DNA from: a virus
IMG/VR virus record: IMGVR_UViG_3300009431_000003
DNA length: 64,000 nucleotides
Direction: 5' to 3' (one strand)
Shown here: piece by piece, positions 1-9,232 of the stretch
Layout of the letters: every line of letters begins with the position of its first letter
Position numbering within the stretch: position 1 is the stretch's first letter
The notes under the pieces: generated by a model
The model's input: the letters and a program-made list of their open reading frames with translations, nothing else
What the model was told of the DNA's origin: nothing
The model's database searches: none
Position numbers and translations under genes: made by a program

Positions 1-138
1 CAGACCCCGCCGGCCTTTTGGTCACTTCAATATCTTCAGGAATATATTAACTCAATCGGGCTGCCGCCAAATTACTTAGAAATGGAAGACGAAAAATGGG
101 AACTTCTTGAAACTTTTGCCTACTAAAAGGAGCGTATT

Positions 139-954
139 ATGGGAACAGGATGGCATGCGTGTTGTAACCCCCGAATGAGGAAAGATGAAATACTCAACGG
201 ATTAACAGAAATAGAAAAGAGTAGAGTAGTTGGACATAATCAGGTCCGGTATAAGCTTATCGGCGGTCCTACGATACTTCGATATACCCACACAGACATA
301 GTAATCTTTGACGAAAAAACAGGTATCGCAACTTTGGATCACGGCGGCTGGATGACAAAAGCCACGAGAGGACGTATAAATGCAGAACTACAATATCATG
401 GTCTATGCTCCAGCAATTGGGGTCCAGTTATTAACCTAGATCAAGGCAGAGGCTGGGCTGTTGAGGCTAAAATAAATATCAAACAAGACCAACTAAAAGA
501 GAAGATATTCTTCTTCAACGGCATCCAGGTAAAAGCCACAGATCCTGTATCCAGCGCCTTGACTGTTGTAGACCCAAAACCCGGAATAATCGCTGAAAAA
601 TTGCACAAAAAATATAACAAAATGATCAAGGCCTATATCAAAAAGATGAAGAAAATGCTCGCAGAGGATGGACCAATAATGCCTGAAGAAGGAGATTGTT
701 GGTTATGTTGCATGGTCTCCAGCAAAACAAAGAAACCTTGGGGAGATGAAGATATTGATCACTTTGTTACTCACTTGGAGGAACAATACGTTCATGGTTC
801 CTTGATACTCAACGCCCATCGATGGGCTAATAAAGAAAATCTTCTTGGGTTTGCCTATACCACAGGCGAAGGCAAGCTACATAAATATGAAATAGATAAC
901 ATCGCTAAAACAGTACAAAGATACTTAAAAGCGAAAGTCGGCCTCAATTATTAA
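139..954 (+). CDS. Hypothetical phage protein
   Basis: 271-aa ORF with AAGGAG RBS; HGGWxTKxTRxRIN and GDCWLC motifs; no function recognised. Confidence 0.75.
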   Translation: MGTGWHACCNPRMRKDEILNGLTEIEKSRVVGHNQVRYKLIGGPTILRYTHTDIVIFDEKTGIATLDHGGWMTKATRGRINAELQYHGLCSSNWGPVINLDQGRGWAVEAKINIKQDQLKEKIFFFNGIQVKATDPVSSALTVVDPKPGIIAEKLHKKYNKMIKAYIKKMKKMLAEDGPIMPEEGDCWLCCMVSSKTKKPWGDEDIDHFVTHLEEQYVHGSLILNAHRWANKENLLGFAYTTGEGKLHKYEIDNIAKTVQRYLKAKVGLNY

Positions 955-963
955 GGAGAAAAT

Positions 964-1206
964 ATGACGACAACAGTACACGATAATAAAACAGACCGGG
1001 AGTATGTCTATAGTCTGTCTCCAAAGCATGCTCTTGTATGTGCTTATTATCAGTATGCTCTGAACAACTGGCGTACTTATGAATATGACTACACCAAATG
1101 GGACTTTGAAACAGAAGGAACACAGCTCTTTTTTAAGCCACCAGGACAAACCCACAGAAAAAGATTCTCTGTACCAATAACTAAAACAAAGAAGACAACC
1201 TCGTAA
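964..1206 (+). CDS. Hypothetical protein
   Basis: 80-aa ORF, AAGGAG RBS, tiles with neighbours. Confidence 0.7.
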   Translation: MTTTVHDNKTDREYVYSLSPKHALVCAYYQYALNNWRTYEYDYTKWDFETEGTQLFFKPPGQTHRKRFSVPITKTKKTTS

Positions 1207-1211
1207 TCACC

Positions 1212-1221
1212 CATAAGAGTA
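1212..1221 (+). promoter_or_regulatory. CATAAGAGTA motif (putative phage promoter)
   Basis: Intergenic copy of a motif recurring 8 times on + strand ahead of genes. Confidence 0.5.
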
Positions 1222-1236
1222 GTGAAAGGAGGCTAT

Positions 1237-1953
1237 ATGGATATACATCTTGAAATTACTCGCAGATGCAATCTACGCTGCGATCATTGCCTCCGAGGTG
1301 GAGCACAACGGGTAGATGTATCCGACAGGGTTCTATACAAAGTATTTCAGCAATGGCCTACTGAGTACATAGGCTCTGTTACTTTTACGGGCGGTGAGCC
1401 CTCACTCGTACCTGACCGAATAGAGAAATTTAGGCACGAACTCCAATATCGCGGAAGCATACTGGGTTTTTGGGAACTTACAACAAATGCTCATTATATT
1501 ACGGAACCTTTTCTTACTGCTCTTGAAAAGCTGTCCTGGCATGTCGATGAGAAAGATATGTGCTCGATAAGGATTTCGAGGGACCACTTTCACCGAGCAC
1601 TCTCGCAGCAACGCAGCAGGTGGAAATTACAAGAATGGGGAGAACTAACCGGAATTCATATCTACGAAGACAAAGCCCTCGATACTTTTACGGAGAAAAT
1701 TAAAGGTCAGGGCAGAGCAAAAAGATATCAGTTAGGTTACGATATCTCAGACAAACACACCCCAGAGTGGGAATACTCTCTTGATGATGATGGCGAAATA
1801 TCTCACACAGCAGGCAGTGTATATGTCAATGCTTATGGGGATATAATCGATGGCTGCAATTGGTCATGGATTGAACAGAAACAGCACATCCTTGGAAATG
1901 TAAAACACCATAAGATTGCATCACTTTTAATAAAATACGGAAAGGCGGTATAA
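1237..1953 (+). CDS. Radical SAM protein
   Basis: CNLRCDHC (CxxxCxxC), FTGGEP and LTTNA motifs; start set at ATG after AAAGGAGG RBS. Confidence 0.85.
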   Translation: MDIHLEITRRCNLRCDHCLRGGAQRVDVSDRVLYKVFQQWPTEYIGSVTFTGGEPSLVPDRIEKFRHELQYRGSILGFWELTTNAHYITEPFLTALEKLSWHVDEKDMCSIRISRDHFHRALSQQRSRWKLQEWGELTGIHIYEDKALDTFTEKIKGQGRAKRYQLGYDISDKHTPEWEYSLDDDGEISHTAGSVYVNAYGDIIDGCNWSWIEQKQHILGNVKHHKIASLLIKYGKAV

Positions 1954-2405
1954 TGAAATTATTTATAGGTGACAGATTCCGTGTGGAACCTACCCCCATA
2001 GGCATCAAAATTATACAAGGAAATTACATAGTCGAGCACATTTTTAAGGCTGATTACGTGCCCGACCCTAAACTAATTAAAAAGTATACAGGAGATAACT
2101 CTTTTCTCGCTGCTACATACAAAGCAACAAGAAAAGAAAGATATGGATGTCGTAGCCTTGAAGGAGAAGGTTACTCTATCTTTTCAGAAAACTATCCGGC
2201 AGCACAAATCACCATATTAAGATATTCCCCAAGGAGTTGGTTAGTTACCTGGGAAATAGATATAGAAGCGTCCTCTCCCCGCAGAGCAGCAGAAAAAGCT
2301 CTCGAAATTCAACGAGACCCGAAAAGTACGGCAACAGTATTCAAATTATTTGACAGTAAGGGAAACGATATAAAAATAGACTTGGAAACAGAGGAGGATG
2401 AATGA
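1953..2405 (+). CDS. Hypothetical protein
   Basis: 150-aa ORF translationally coupled to upstream stop. Confidence 0.65.
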   Translation: MKLFIGDRFRVEPTPIGIKIIQGNYIVEHIFKADYVPDPKLIKKYTGDNSFLAATYKATRKERYGCRSLEGEGYSIFSENYPAAQITILRYSPRSWLVTWEIDIEASSPRRAAEKALEIQRDPKSTATVFKLFDSKGNDIKIDLETEEDE

Positions 2406-2587
2406 CAACCAAAAGCCACAGAAGATGGTACATCAAGTTTCCACAGGATGTTTATGCTATGGGTCCTGTAGATTTTGAAAAGCCTGTTGAAGAAAAAGCA
2501 GTACGTAAATACGCAAGAGGGTGGGAAGGAGTATCCCGTCTTCCAAATGGTTTCAAATGCTGGCCGGCGCCAGAGAAAGAAGAATAA
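2402..2587 (+). CDS. Hypothetical protein
   Basis: 61-aa ORF, GAGGAG RBS, ATGA overlap. Confidence 0.65.
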   Translation: MTTKSHRRWYIKFPQDVYAMGPVDFEKPVEEKAVRKYARGWEGVSRLPNGFKCWPAPEKEE

Positions 2588-2588
2588 T

Positions 2589-2987
2589 ATGAAATTAACT
2601 AAAGCACAGGAAAAGATGCACCCCAAAAAGTTTGAGAGTATGTCTCCAAAAATGGCGGCATATCTTTCTTTCCTTTTAGGGATAAATAGCCTACAAATCG
2701 CTTCTCCTCAAATAATCTCACTCGGATTAACGTCTGATGGCTTCATAAATACCCATACCAATGCTGGTGGGGATTTTATTGAGAGCTACGAAGACTTAAA
2801 GGGAAACTTTGACGAGGCCGTAATAGAAGCGTGCAACACCTCAGAAGGAATGACTCCTACAGAAATTGCGGAGATATACCAGCTTTTTTACAAACACATA
2901 GACCATCGTTATTGGTTCATGGGCGGCGCTGGAAGGGAAGCCCAGGCTAAAAAGGAACAAACGACTAAGTACTGGGAGGCAGAGTAA
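2589..2987 (+). CDS. Hypothetical protein
   Basis: Start moved to MKLTKAQ, immediately after upstream stop. Confidence 0.65.
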   Translation: MKLTKAQEKMHPKKFESMSPKMAAYLSFLLGINSLQIASPQIISLGLTSDGFINTHTNAGGDFIESYEDLKGNFDEAVIEACNTSEGMTPTEIAEIYQLFYKHIDHRYWFMGGAGREAQAKKEQTTKYWEAE

Positions 2988-3397
2988 TGGAAATCCAAGA
3001 ACATTGGCATGAACCTATTCGAGTAGTGTCAATGTATAACCATAAATTGTATATGTGGCAAGCTGGATGGACGAGAGATAAGCGACACTTTCAAAAAGTA
3101 AGGGTAGCTTACAGACTTTATTCTCCGGAAGGAATCATTATCTTCGAGGGCAATGATTATGGCGTATCCCCAATGATGGCGCCGGACTCGGATGAAAGTA
3201 TAAGAACTCTAATGGGCTTCCTTACAATGCGGCCTGGAGATACAGACGACGAGTATTTCAAAGACTACACACCAAAGCAACTTACGTGGGCAGAAAAGAA
3301 CGCGGATGACTTTTATCAGTTTACTGATGGCGAAGATATTTCTGAAGACACAGAACCCTTCATAAACCACCCGCTTGAAAACCCGCCGGAGGAGTAA
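2987..3397 (+). CDS. Hypothetical protein
   Basis: 136-aa ORF, TAATG coupling. Confidence 0.7.
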   Translation: MEIQEHWHEPIRVVSMYNHKLYMWQAGWTRDKRHFQKVRVAYRLYSPEGIIIFEGNDYGVSPMMAPDSDESIRTLMGFLTMRPGDTDDEYFKDYTPKQLTWAEKNADDFYQFTDGEDISEDTEPFINHPLENPPEE

Positions 3398-3774
3398 TGA
3401 ATGTATATATTTATCAAGCCGATGTCTGGTGCGCTGTATGTGCCAAAAAGATTATACAAGAACTAATAGAAGTAGAAAACATTCCCGAAAATGTTCATAA
3501 TGAAGCTACTTATGACTCCGATAATTTCCCTAAAGGGCCTTATCCTGAAGGTGGAGGCGAAGCTGATACGCCGCAGCATTGTGCTGGTTGTAAGGCTTTT
3601 CTCAAAAACCCCTTAACATCTGAGGGGGAGAAATACGTCTTGGACTTATTAGGCGAAGAGGATGATCCAGTGGTTCGACTACCTCCTAAAGGTTGGCAAT
3701 ACGATACTCCAAAACATTCCAAACGATTCGTTGAATGGATTGATCGTTATTCTTATTTGTGGAAAGAGGTCTAA
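3397..3774 (+). CDS. Hypothetical protein with CxxC pairs
   Basis: 125-aa ORF, TAATG coupling; CAVC and CAGC. Confidence 0.7.
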   Translation: MNVYIYQADVWCAVCAKKIIQELIEVENIPENVHNEATYDSDNFPKGPYPEGGGEADTPQHCAGCKAFLKNPLTSEGEKYVLDLLGEEDDPVVRLPPKGWQYDTPKHSKRFVEWIDRYSYLWKEV

Positions 3775-4140
3775 ATGAAAACTTTTCGATATACAGTACA
3801 AATAGATATAAAAGCAGAAAAACGTACAGAAGCAGACCGAAAACTACAACAAAGAGTTGCCTGTACTTTCTCTCCGAAAGTAGATTGTTTTGAACTTCCT
3901 CCTTTAACTGGAAAACCTTTTCAAGACAGGGCCTGGAAATGCCCTCACTGCGGCGTTGTCATGCAGCACGAGATCTCTGACGGCGCCGGGAAGCGCACCC
4001 TGGGGAATTATGCTGCCTTTAGTCTCCAGGCTGATGAGAACGAAACAGCTACTCAGGAGTACCACTGCAGGGTCTGCGACAAATGGTTCAAGGATACTTA
4101 CCGGCTGGTCAAGATCGAGAAGATCAAAAAGGAGGACTGA
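3775..4140 (+). CDS. Zn-ribbon hypothetical protein
   Basis: CPHC...CRVC; abuts upstream stop. Confidence 0.7.
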   Translation: MKTFRYTVQIDIKAEKRTEADRKLQQRVACTFSPKVDCFELPPLTGKPFQDRAWKCPHCGVVMQHEISDGAGKRTLGNYAAFSLQADENETATQEYHCRVCDKWFKDTYRLVKIEKIKKED

Positions 4141-4349
4141 TGTATGAGAAGATGGTCTATTCCCTGCCCGGCATAGAGAGTCATCCTGTCTGTAAGCACT
4201 GCCACGCTCTGGATGTTGACGTGAAGGAGTTGTTTGGTATAAAGCTCTCTGAGGCCTTCTGTAAGAACTGCGGTGCCAAGGAGACAGGTAGGACAACCGT
4301 AATTGCCTTTAAGAAGCTCACAGCGCCCTACCCCAAAAATCCTACCTAA
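4140..4349 (+). CDS. Small Zn-ribbon protein
   Basis: GGAGG RBS, TGATG coupling; CKHC...CKNC. Confidence 0.65.
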   Translation: MYEKMVYSLPGIESHPVCKHCHALDVDVKELFGIKLSEAFCKNCGAKETGRTTVIAFKKLTAPYPKNPT

Positions 4350-4623
4350 AAATTATACTTGTTTCAGGCCGAAGACAGGCTGCCAATCTTTGGTCCTTCT
4401 CATATTCACCTTCCACTCTGCGATAGGCTTCCTGAGTGCTCTGGCTCTCGACAGTATCTGGTAGGTGGGCAGACTATCTGGACTGAATTCCTGTAGCTGC
4501 TTGCCTGCTTCAATAACTTTGTCGTTTGCTTTGCCAGTTCTCATTGCTTTGGCAAGACTTTGGGCGGTACGAATAGCTAACAAGCGCAATAGAGCATTAA
4601 GAAATAACAAAAAGGAGTAAGCA

Positions 4624-4908
4624 ATGGCTGAACACACAAAATTCACAAGAATTGATTTGGGGTTCAACGATATCGGACAAGCTGAAGGTGCCATAGAGCT
4701 ACACATGGAAATTGATGGAGAGCCTTGTGGAATTACTCTTTCTTATGAAGCCAGGAAACAGGACCTTTATCAATCTCTACAAGTAGCTGTGCCTACGCCG
4801 AAAAGAGAACCTAAAATAGCTGGCCCTACTTTAGCTGTCAGGTATATATGCTTTACACCTACACAACGAGAAAAGGCAGAAGCTATAGGATATAAAGGAG
4901 AAGAATAA
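4624..4908 (+). CDS. Hypothetical protein, paralog of 8270..8557
   Basis: AAGGAG RBS; aligns by eye with 8270..8557 (MAEHTK..I.LGFN.IG.AEG..EL..EIDGEPC...SYEARKQ.LYQ). Confidence 0.8.
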   Translation: MAEHTKFTRIDLGFNDIGQAEGAIELHMEIDGEPCGITLSYEARKQDLYQSLQVAVPTPKREPKIAGPTLAVRYICFTPTQREKAEAIGYKGEE

Positions 4909-5312
4909 TGGAAGCGGAAGCTAAATGGTTACTAGGTATCATAGGACAGTGGGATACTATCGCACAGTCTCTTGAGCGATGGCCGGAGATAAAGAAAGCC
5001 GCAATGAACGACGCTGTACCCATGGATGACGACGAGCCTATGGGCGATGTCGCGGTAAATATCCAACCACCTTCTTTACAATACCTAATTGCTATCGCCG
5101 TATCTCTGGACCGAGATGGGCTGCTGAGTAATGCAACTCTCCAAGCGACTACCAAAAATGACCTGGGTAGGTCCCTAGTAGAACTCTGCAATCGACGAAG
5201 AAACCCAATAAGCGCGGAACTGACTTCAAACTCTGCCGATGGACAACTTATTTCGGCAGCGGTGAGGGCAGAGGAGATTTTGACTAAAGCCCTTAAAAGA
5301 AGGAAAAGATAA
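4908..5312 (+). CDS. Hypothetical protein
   Basis: 134-aa ORF, coupled start. Confidence 0.65.
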   Translation: MEAEAKWLLGIIGQWDTIAQSLERWPEIKKAAMNDAVPMDDDEPMGDVAVNIQPPSLQYLIAIAVSLDRDGLLSNATLQATTKNDLGRSLVELCNRRRNPISAELTSNSADGQLISAAVRAEEILTKALKRRKR

Positions 5313-5516
5313 ATGAGAAGAAAAAACCCGGAAAGCATCGAACCCTCGGAAGATTGGGTGCTTTACCAAGACGGCATGGAGATAAAACGCGGAACAAACT
5401 TTGAACTTTTCAAATGGATGCTGAATCATCACCCTCAATCCGTATATTACCAACTCAAGTATGAGGGTAAAGCTTTGTATTCCCCAAGCGGGAAAAGGAG
5501 TTGTTATGGGAAATGA
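5313..5516 (+). CDS. Hypothetical protein
   Basis: 67-aa ORF tiling between neighbours. Confidence 0.6.
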   Translation: MRRKNPESIEPSEDWVLYQDGMEIKRGTNFELFKWMLNHHPQSVYYQLKYEGKALYSPSGKRSCYGK

Positions 5517-6363
5517 TAAGAAAAGTCAGTTAATAATGAGCTTCGAAAAATGGCTTGACTGGCGCATACAATTAGCCGAAGACGCTTTTAAATACCAGAA
5601 ACCTGGAAGCCACACATATATTCGAATTGAAGCTCGATTAGACTCCTTCCGCGAGGTGAAGAAGAAATTGGATCTGGAGCGGCTTGCTTCTACAGAAAAG
5701 CCCAACAAAGGCCCTAACTTATTGTCTACCCTAAAAAATTGGGCCTTTGCGCCTGTTCCTGTGCAAATATTTGCATGTAACTGTGGCGGGGAAGGTAGAG
5801 AGTATAGGGATAAAAAGACAAAAGAAGTGCGTTTCTATTGCTCCTACTGTGAAAGGGGTACAGCCTATTTTCCGCCAGACGGGATTAAAGAGGCCAAAGA
5901 AGCTTGGAGCGAGATAATAAAGCAGTCTGTACCTCCTGGAAAAGGCTTTATGTTCAAAGCCGGTCTTTTTGAGGGAGAAGGTTGCTACCCAAACAAAGAA
6001 GATCATAAAGAAAGGTTATTTGGTTCTCCTCCAGATATTGAACCTAAACCTATGAAACTACCAAAGCTAAAAGTCTTGGAGAAGAATAGAAACGCTAAAA
6101 GATGTACAGTAATAGGAATTGTCAGGGATAGAAAGTCTTCAGGTACTCGTGTATTTAATCTTTCTTGCGGCTACCAACTAAAACTTGGGCCGTCTGTCGC
6201 TATAGGCGACCTTGTCGTATGCCCTTATTGTAGTGGTTTCGCTAAAGGCACTAAAACAGAAAGGCTCGACTCAAGTAAGCCCAACCCTGTACAACCTCCT
6301 CGCACACTTCCAGTAAAAGAATATGACAAGATAATAATTGAAGCTGTGGAGAAAGATAAATGA
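5506..6363 (+). CDS. Multi-domain Zn-finger hypothetical protein
   Basis: Start at MGNDKK after AAGGAG; CNCG..CSYC (Lar-like ribbon) and LSC..CPYC modules. Confidence 0.7.
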   Translation: MGNDKKSQLIMSFEKWLDWRIQLAEDAFKYQKPGSHTYIRIEARLDSFREVKKKLDLERLASTEKPNKGPNLLSTLKNWAFAPVPVQIFACNCGGEGREYRDKKTKEVRFYCSYCERGTAYFPPDGIKEAKEAWSEIIKQSVPPGKGFMFKAGLFEGEGCYPNKEDHKERLFGSPPDIEPKPMKLPKLKVLEKNRNAKRCTVIGIVRDRKSSGTRVFNLSCGYQLKLGPSVAIGDLVVCPYCSGFAKGTKTERLDSSKPNPVQPPRTLPVKEYDKIIIEAVEKDK

Positions 6364-6813
6364 AATGTATTCGTTGCGGAGCTTGTTGTCAAATTTTCGA
6401 TGGGATTGCCTTAATTACTAAAGACCTACAGCATCATACTTTATCTTTTTACAAAGCTGAAGCTGTATATGGAAGGTTACAAATAAGAATAGAGGGCATG
6501 AAAAAAATGCCCTTTCCTTCGAGGGCGTAAAGTAAAGAGTTGCTCCATCTATAAGAATAGGCCAGAAGCCTGTAAACTATTTAAGTCCACAAAAGAGAAC
6601 TGTGCCTGGGCACGAGCAGCTATCCAAGCCAGGAAAGAGGGTATTGCTCCGGGCAGTAAAGACTGGCCCAACCCTCCATTAGTTAAAGTGACAAAGAAAG
6701 AGGCTAAAAGGCGGGCGAAGAACATTAATGCCTCAGTTAGCCATAAACGTGAAATATTTCCAAATGTAAGAATAGAGAACCGATCATTACCTGAAATAAA
6801 GGAGCCGGCATGA
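6360..6813 (+). pseudogene. YkgJ-like CxxCxxCC cysteine-cluster protein, frameshifted
   Basis: MKCIRCGACC in one frame; CPFL..CSIYKNRPEAC in another; removing one A from A7 at 6501-6507 joins them. Confidence 0.75.
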
Positions 6814-7976
6814 ACAAGGAAAAGGGAACAGATATATGTCCTGGATGTGGCGGGAAAGGCCGTGTAATGGTCCATGACCCAGACATTTGCGACAAGGCGG
6901 AAGAGCGGGTATGCTCTATCTGTGACGGCAAACGCACAGTCATTTGGCCCATCGAGCCGCCCAATATCTATGCGCGGGTAAGTAAGCGGGCCGGGGATGT
7001 CGTCGAAATTAACCTACCTATCCTCAAAAAGCCCGTATGGACATACTATGACGAAAATGGTGATTTATCCATTCGAGTCTGGCCAACTGAAGGAGATGCA
7101 TACATGGCTTGGGAGAAACAAGTACATCCCGACCGGAAATATGTAGATAGGTCAATGGTCCATATCACTGAGCGATTTTCTAGCAGCGTAGTAAGTATTG
7201 GTCTTATAGACGGTAAACACATCGGCTGGTCCTTCCTGGACGAAACCAAGAATTTTCCAATCCCGGCATTTGCTACAAATAAACTACATTATTGGGAGAC
7301 AGAAGCAGAGGCGTGGGTAGAAGCTAACAAATACGCCAATATCACGAATTATGGCGATCCCCGAGATTGCTGTCCAGATGGGCACCCACATCAAGGCTGT
7401 CAAGTAGAAGACTGCCTAAACGATAATATACACTATTTCTGTCCCGAGTCGGAAAAGAAGATCAGCCCGGTTCTTCCAGACAACCACCCCGCCAAAGCAT
7501 ATGATCCAGAGAGATGTATTACTGCTGCTGAACTTAGAAAAATGGGCATGGAGTTATCCCCTAATATTCCAGACATAGCCTGGGTCCCCAGATACGCAAT
7601 ACAAATCACTTCTTGGAACCCTCGCGGAACGGAAAACATCTTCCAGATAGCGATTACATCCCCTTTTCGGTGGGTACAAGCCGACATCATCGTCACCGCT
7701 GTACCGACGATTCGAAAAGGCTTAAACTGGCGTTGCGGGACTTGCGGGGCATGGCACAAGGAAATGCCTACCACAGAATATAACAGACTGATTGCCGTGA
7801 CAGTTCCAGACACCACGGAAGAAGGGTATTGTAACGAGCAGTGCCCTTTCCATTGTCGTGAATCCTCCAAGGATTACTTTTGTATCATCGGACTGCATCA
7901 GAAACCAAAAGCAGTTATGGACGAAGGATGGTGCAGGCCGGGGCCAGAGTGTCCTGCTTATGAAAAAGGAGACTGA
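6810..7976 (+). CDS. Mosaic Cys-rich hypothetical protein
   Basis: 388 aa; CPGCGGKG...CSICDGK DnaJ-like Zn repeat and other Cys clusters. Confidence 0.7.
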   Translation: MNKEKGTDICPGCGGKGRVMVHDPDICDKAEERVCSICDGKRTVIWPIEPPNIYARVSKRAGDVVEINLPILKKPVWTYYDENGDLSIRVWPTEGDAYMAWEKQVHPDRKYVDRSMVHITERFSSSVVSIGLIDGKHIGWSFLDETKNFPIPAFATNKLHYWETEAEAWVEANKYANITNYGDPRDCCPDGHPHQGCQVEDCLNDNIHYFCPESEKKISPVLPDNHPAKAYDPERCITAAELRKMGMELSPNIPDIAWVPRYAIQITSWNPRGTENIFQIAITSPFRWVQADIIVTAVPTIRKGLNWRCGTCGAWHKEMPTTEYNRLIAVTVPDTTEEGYCNEQCPFHCRESSKDYFCIIGLHQKPKAVMDEGWCRPGPECPAYEKGD

Positions 7977-8027
7977 TAATGAGAAACCAAGTAAGCTATC
8001 GGAGTCCAACGTGGAAAGGAGTCCCTG

Positions 8028-8267
8028 ATGAATGAGGAGTATCCACATAGAGTAAATGACAAAGTATATGCCGCCAAGGTCACCGGGACGGGCACTATCA
8101 TCGGTCTACCTGTAGTTTGGCTGGACCGTTCCATAGGTTTTGACGCTATCCAAATTGCGACATTCTTGGGCGAGAACCCTAAAGTCAACGAGGAAGTTAT
8201 TGTCGCTGAGTATAGAGACGCGCCAGAAGCCCGATCCCTCCGTGCTTGGCGAAAAGGAAGGAGGTAA
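8028..8267 (+). CDS. Hypothetical protein
   Basis: 79-aa ORF, AAGGAG RBS. Confidence 0.6.
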   Translation: MNEEYPHRVNDKVYAAKVTGTGTIIGLPVVWLDRSIGFDAIQIATFLGENPKVNEEVIVAEYRDAPEARSLRAWRKGRR

Positions 8268-8269
8268 TT

Positions 8270-8557
8270 ATGGCCGAACATACGAAACACACGGTAATCA
8301 ATCTGGGCTTCAACGAAATTGGGCATGCCGAAGGTTGTGTAGAACTACAAGCAGAAATTGACGGAGAGCCTTGCAGCGTCATTATTTCATACGAAGCGCG
8401 AAAGCAAGAGCTTTATCAGACCTTTCGAGTAAATGTCCCTGAGCCGGATAGGGTCGCGAGAATAGAGGGAAACACCACCCGTTTTGATTATAATCGGTTC
8501 ACACACTCTCAGCATATATACAGGCAAGCTGTGGAAAGTACAGGGGAGGGGAAATGA
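8270..8557 (+). CDS. Hypothetical protein, paralog of 4624..4908
   Basis: AGGAGG RBS; see paralog. Confidence 0.8.
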   Translation: MAEHTKHTVINLGFNEIGHAEGCVELQAEIDGEPCSVIISYEARKQELYQTFRVNVPEPDRVARIEGNTTRFDYNRFTHSQHIYRQAVESTGEGK

Positions 8558-9030
8558 TGCAGACAGAGAGGATCACGATAGAGAGCATAAATAACCTACA
8601 TCCTTGTGGGTGGGACAGAGAAGATAACGGAAAGAATTATACACCTAGACGAGTACGGGAACTATACGAAGGCACAGATAAGGCCGGGGTCACGCCGTTG
8701 GGCTTTATAGAAAGAGCAACCAAACTCAAGGTACCTCCTGAAGATATTTTGTGGGTACTTTTACGGCCGCAGTTCCTTCCGGAACGAGACTTAGAGGAAT
8801 TGAGTTGCTTGTTCGCTTTATGGTCTCTACATTTCTTTGAGGAGGCTTACCCAAATGACGACAGGCCAAGAAAAGCTATAGAGACGAAGCAGAGACGGCT
8901 CCATGGTAAAATTTCCGACAAAGAACTGAAAGCAGCAAGGGCAGCGGCAGCAGAGGCAGCAGAGGCAGCATGGGCAGCCTTGCTCGATATATTAGTGGAT
9001 TACTTGAAAGGAGTGAATAATGAAAGATAA
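8554..9030 (+). CDS. Imm5-like domain protein
   Basis: FEEAYPNDDRPRKAIE followed by AARAAAAEAAEAAWAA Ala-rich helix, typical of the phage Imm5-like family. Confidence 0.6.
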   Translation: MMQTERITIESINNLHPCGWDREDNGKNYTPRRVRELYEGTDKAGVTPLGFIERATKLKVPPEDILWVLLRPQFLPERDLEELSCLFALWSLHFFEEAYPNDDRPRKAIETKQRRLHGKISDKELKAARAAAAEAAEAAWAALLDILVDYLKGVNNER

Positions 9031-9232
9031 AGCCGCCAGTGACAGAGGAACTGTACAGCTAGCAAATGTTGATGAATCGTTTAATGTAATCAAAGTCAAC
9101 CTAAAAACAGACATCAATACCTTCCTGTGGTCACGTCTTCCGGGCAGCACGACAATTTCGCGGGCAGACGAAATAGCTTGCACGATATACAATGTGATTA
9201 TAGCAGAATTGGAGAGTAAAAATGAAGTTTAG
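9020..9232 (+). CDS. Hypothetical protein
   Basis: 70-aa ORF, AAGGAG RBS. Confidence 0.65.
   Translation: MKDKAASDRGTVQLANVDESFNVIKVNLKTDINTFLWSRLPGSTTISRADEIACTIYNVIIAELESKNEV

Noticed and set aside
4353-4706. Minus-strand 117-aa ORF filling a plus-strand gap
   Set aside because: No convincing start or RBS, and it overlaps the start of 4624; it could be real but cannot be supported.
6549-6560. CTATAAGAATA as another promoter motif copy
   Set aside because: It lies within the coding IYKNR of the YkgJ-like gene.
4624-8557. Diversity-generating retroelement template/variable pair
   Set aside because: Differences are not adenine-specific, DNA identity is low, and no reverse transcriptase is present in the window.
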